Of a DNA stretch of 24,000 nucleotides, positions 23,037 through 24,000 are shown one piece after another (position 1 is the first letter of the stretch; the number at the start of each line of letters is the position of its first letter). Source of the stretch: Candidatus Scotarchaeum otlingeri (GTDB lineage Archaea > Thermoproteota > Nitrososphaeria > Geothermarchaeales > JDFR-13); contig MTMA02000006.1 of assembly GCA_002011075.2 (NCBI GenBank), positions 831,261 through 855,260 of the forward strand, given 5' to 3'. Made by a program: the position numbers and the translations under genes. The notes below the pieces were generated by a model that did not search any database, was not told the origin of the DNA, and worked only from the letters and a program-made list of their open reading frames with translations.

Positions 23037-24000
23037 CTACCTCCTCCTATATTCATACTCATATTCGATACTTACTTCAATAATAGATTCCTCCAAAATA
23101 TGCAGAGCCCTATCTATCTCCTCATAACTTATCGTTAAGGGAGGTTTGAACTTGATAGTATTCATAAAAGAAAACTCATCCCCATATACATCAGGCATAT
23201 CAAGAGCAAATATCGCACCTTTCTCCAGGGCTCTATCTACAATTTCAGAAGCCAATTCAGGAGAAGGCGTCTTATCATCCTTATCCTCAACTATATCGAT
23301 ACCAATAAATAGGCCGGGACCTCTTACATCCCCAATTATCTCAGATCTCTCCATTATCTCTCTAAGTCTTCTAGTTGCATATAATCCCTTATCCCTAGCC
23401 TCTTTAATTAGATCAAGCTTCTCAATAACCATTATATTTACTAATGCTGCCGCATAAATTACTGGGTTACCCCCGAAAGTAGTATGTTCCTCTGGATATG
23501 TTAAGCCCTTAATATCTTCTCTAGCCAGAGTTGCGCCGATTGGATAACCGCCTCCTAATCCCTTTGTGAATGTCATCATATCAGGTGTAACGTTATATAG
23601 TTCGGCGGCACACCATGCACCTACCCTTCCGAATGCGGTTTGTGACTCATCGAATATAAGATAGATATCGTATTTGTCTGTCAATTCTCTCAGAGCTTTT
23701 AGATATTCTATGGGTGCAGGTATATGTCCACCGGGTCCCTGTATGGGTTCAATAATTAGCCCTGCGTATTTTCCCCAGCCGCCCCTCTTTATCGTATTCT
23801 CTAACACATCAATACATCTAAGGCTACATTCAGGGTAGGAGAGACCAAAGGGACATCTATAACAATATGGATAGGGGAATCTAACGAATCTGTCAATACC
23901 GAATGGTTTATACCTTATTAATGTCGTCAATGGGTGACTTGCACTTGTAGTGGCTAAACTATTTCCATGATATCCTCTCCATGCCGTCAGAAATATCTCT
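23037..24000 (-). CDS. Class-III (omega) PLP aminotransferase (GabT/ArgD-like); the N-terminus lies beyond the window end
   Basis: The reading frame stays open upstream of the track's TTG. My translation of 23931-23999 gives ..EIFLTAWRGYHGNSLATTSASHP, the GYHG region of class-III enzymes. It also has IIEPIQGPGG, FDESQTAFGRVG and the PLP-lysine motif TFTKGLGGGYP. Confidence 0.85.
   Translation of the reverse strand, partial: EIFLTAWRGYHGNSLATTSASHPLTTLIRYKPFGIDRFVRFPYPYCYRCPFGLSYPECSLRCIDVLENTIKRGGWGKYAGLIIEPIQGPGGHIPAPIEYLKALRELTDKYDIYLIFDESQTAFGRVGAWCAAELYNVTPDMMTFTKGLGGGYPIGATLAREDIKGLTYPEEHTTFGGNPVIYAAALVNIMVIEKLDLIKEARDKGLYATRRLREIMERSEIIGDVRGPGLFIGIDIVEDKDDKTPSPELASEIVDRALEKGAIFALDMPDVYGDEFSFMNTIKFKPPLTISYEEIDRALHILEESIIEVSIEYEYEYRRR

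Noticed and set aside
1-24000. CRISPR arrays, IS elements/transposases, integrases, toxin-antitoxin pairs or defence-system genes
   Set aside because: No spaced direct repeats, terminal inverted repeats or recombinase, nuclease or ATPase defence-type ORFs were seen. Every large ORF has a metabolic, transport or regulatory assignment.

Overview
The window is a gene-dense, visibly AT-rich stretch that looks archaeal, probably from a thermophilic crenarchaeote-like organism. This is inferred from an archaeal-type PGK, a geranylgeranyl reductase, A/T-rich TATA-like boxes about 25-45 nt upstream of starts, GGTGA-type SD motifs and frequent GTG/TTG starts. I support 21 protein-coding genes and found no rRNA, tRNA, CRISPR array, IS element or integrase. 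There are five blocks. (1) 1-5453 holds a CodA/AtzC-like amidohydrolase, FdrA, a 60-aa detached FdrA tail, a cyclase/kynurenine-formamidase-family hydrolase and YlbE (DUF1116), with a convergent YlbF-like (DUF2877) gene. This is an archaeal version of the E. coli fdrA-ylbE-ylbF triad embedded among amidohydrolases. (2) 5574-9450 is housekeeping: pgk, geranylgeranyl reductase and a class-I (alanine-type) aminotransferase. (3) 9562-15013 has a PurR-like HTH+PRTase regulator divergent from a BMP/NupNOPQ-type nucleoside ABC transporter whose binding protein carries a Tat signal. (4) 15027-18576 has a 645-aa triple fusion of a TANGO2/NRDE-family domain with CoaC and CoaB, followed by guaB. (5) 18679-24000 is a tight minus-strand operon of class-III aminotransferase, FGGY kinase, form-IV RuBisCO-like protein, DUF2848-like protein and Nit-family amidase. 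The strongest candidates for undescribed biology are the RLP operon, the TANGO2-CoaBC fusion and the archaeal FdrA/YlbE/YlbF cluster. All homology statements come from my own recall of family motifs and reference sequences. No search was run.
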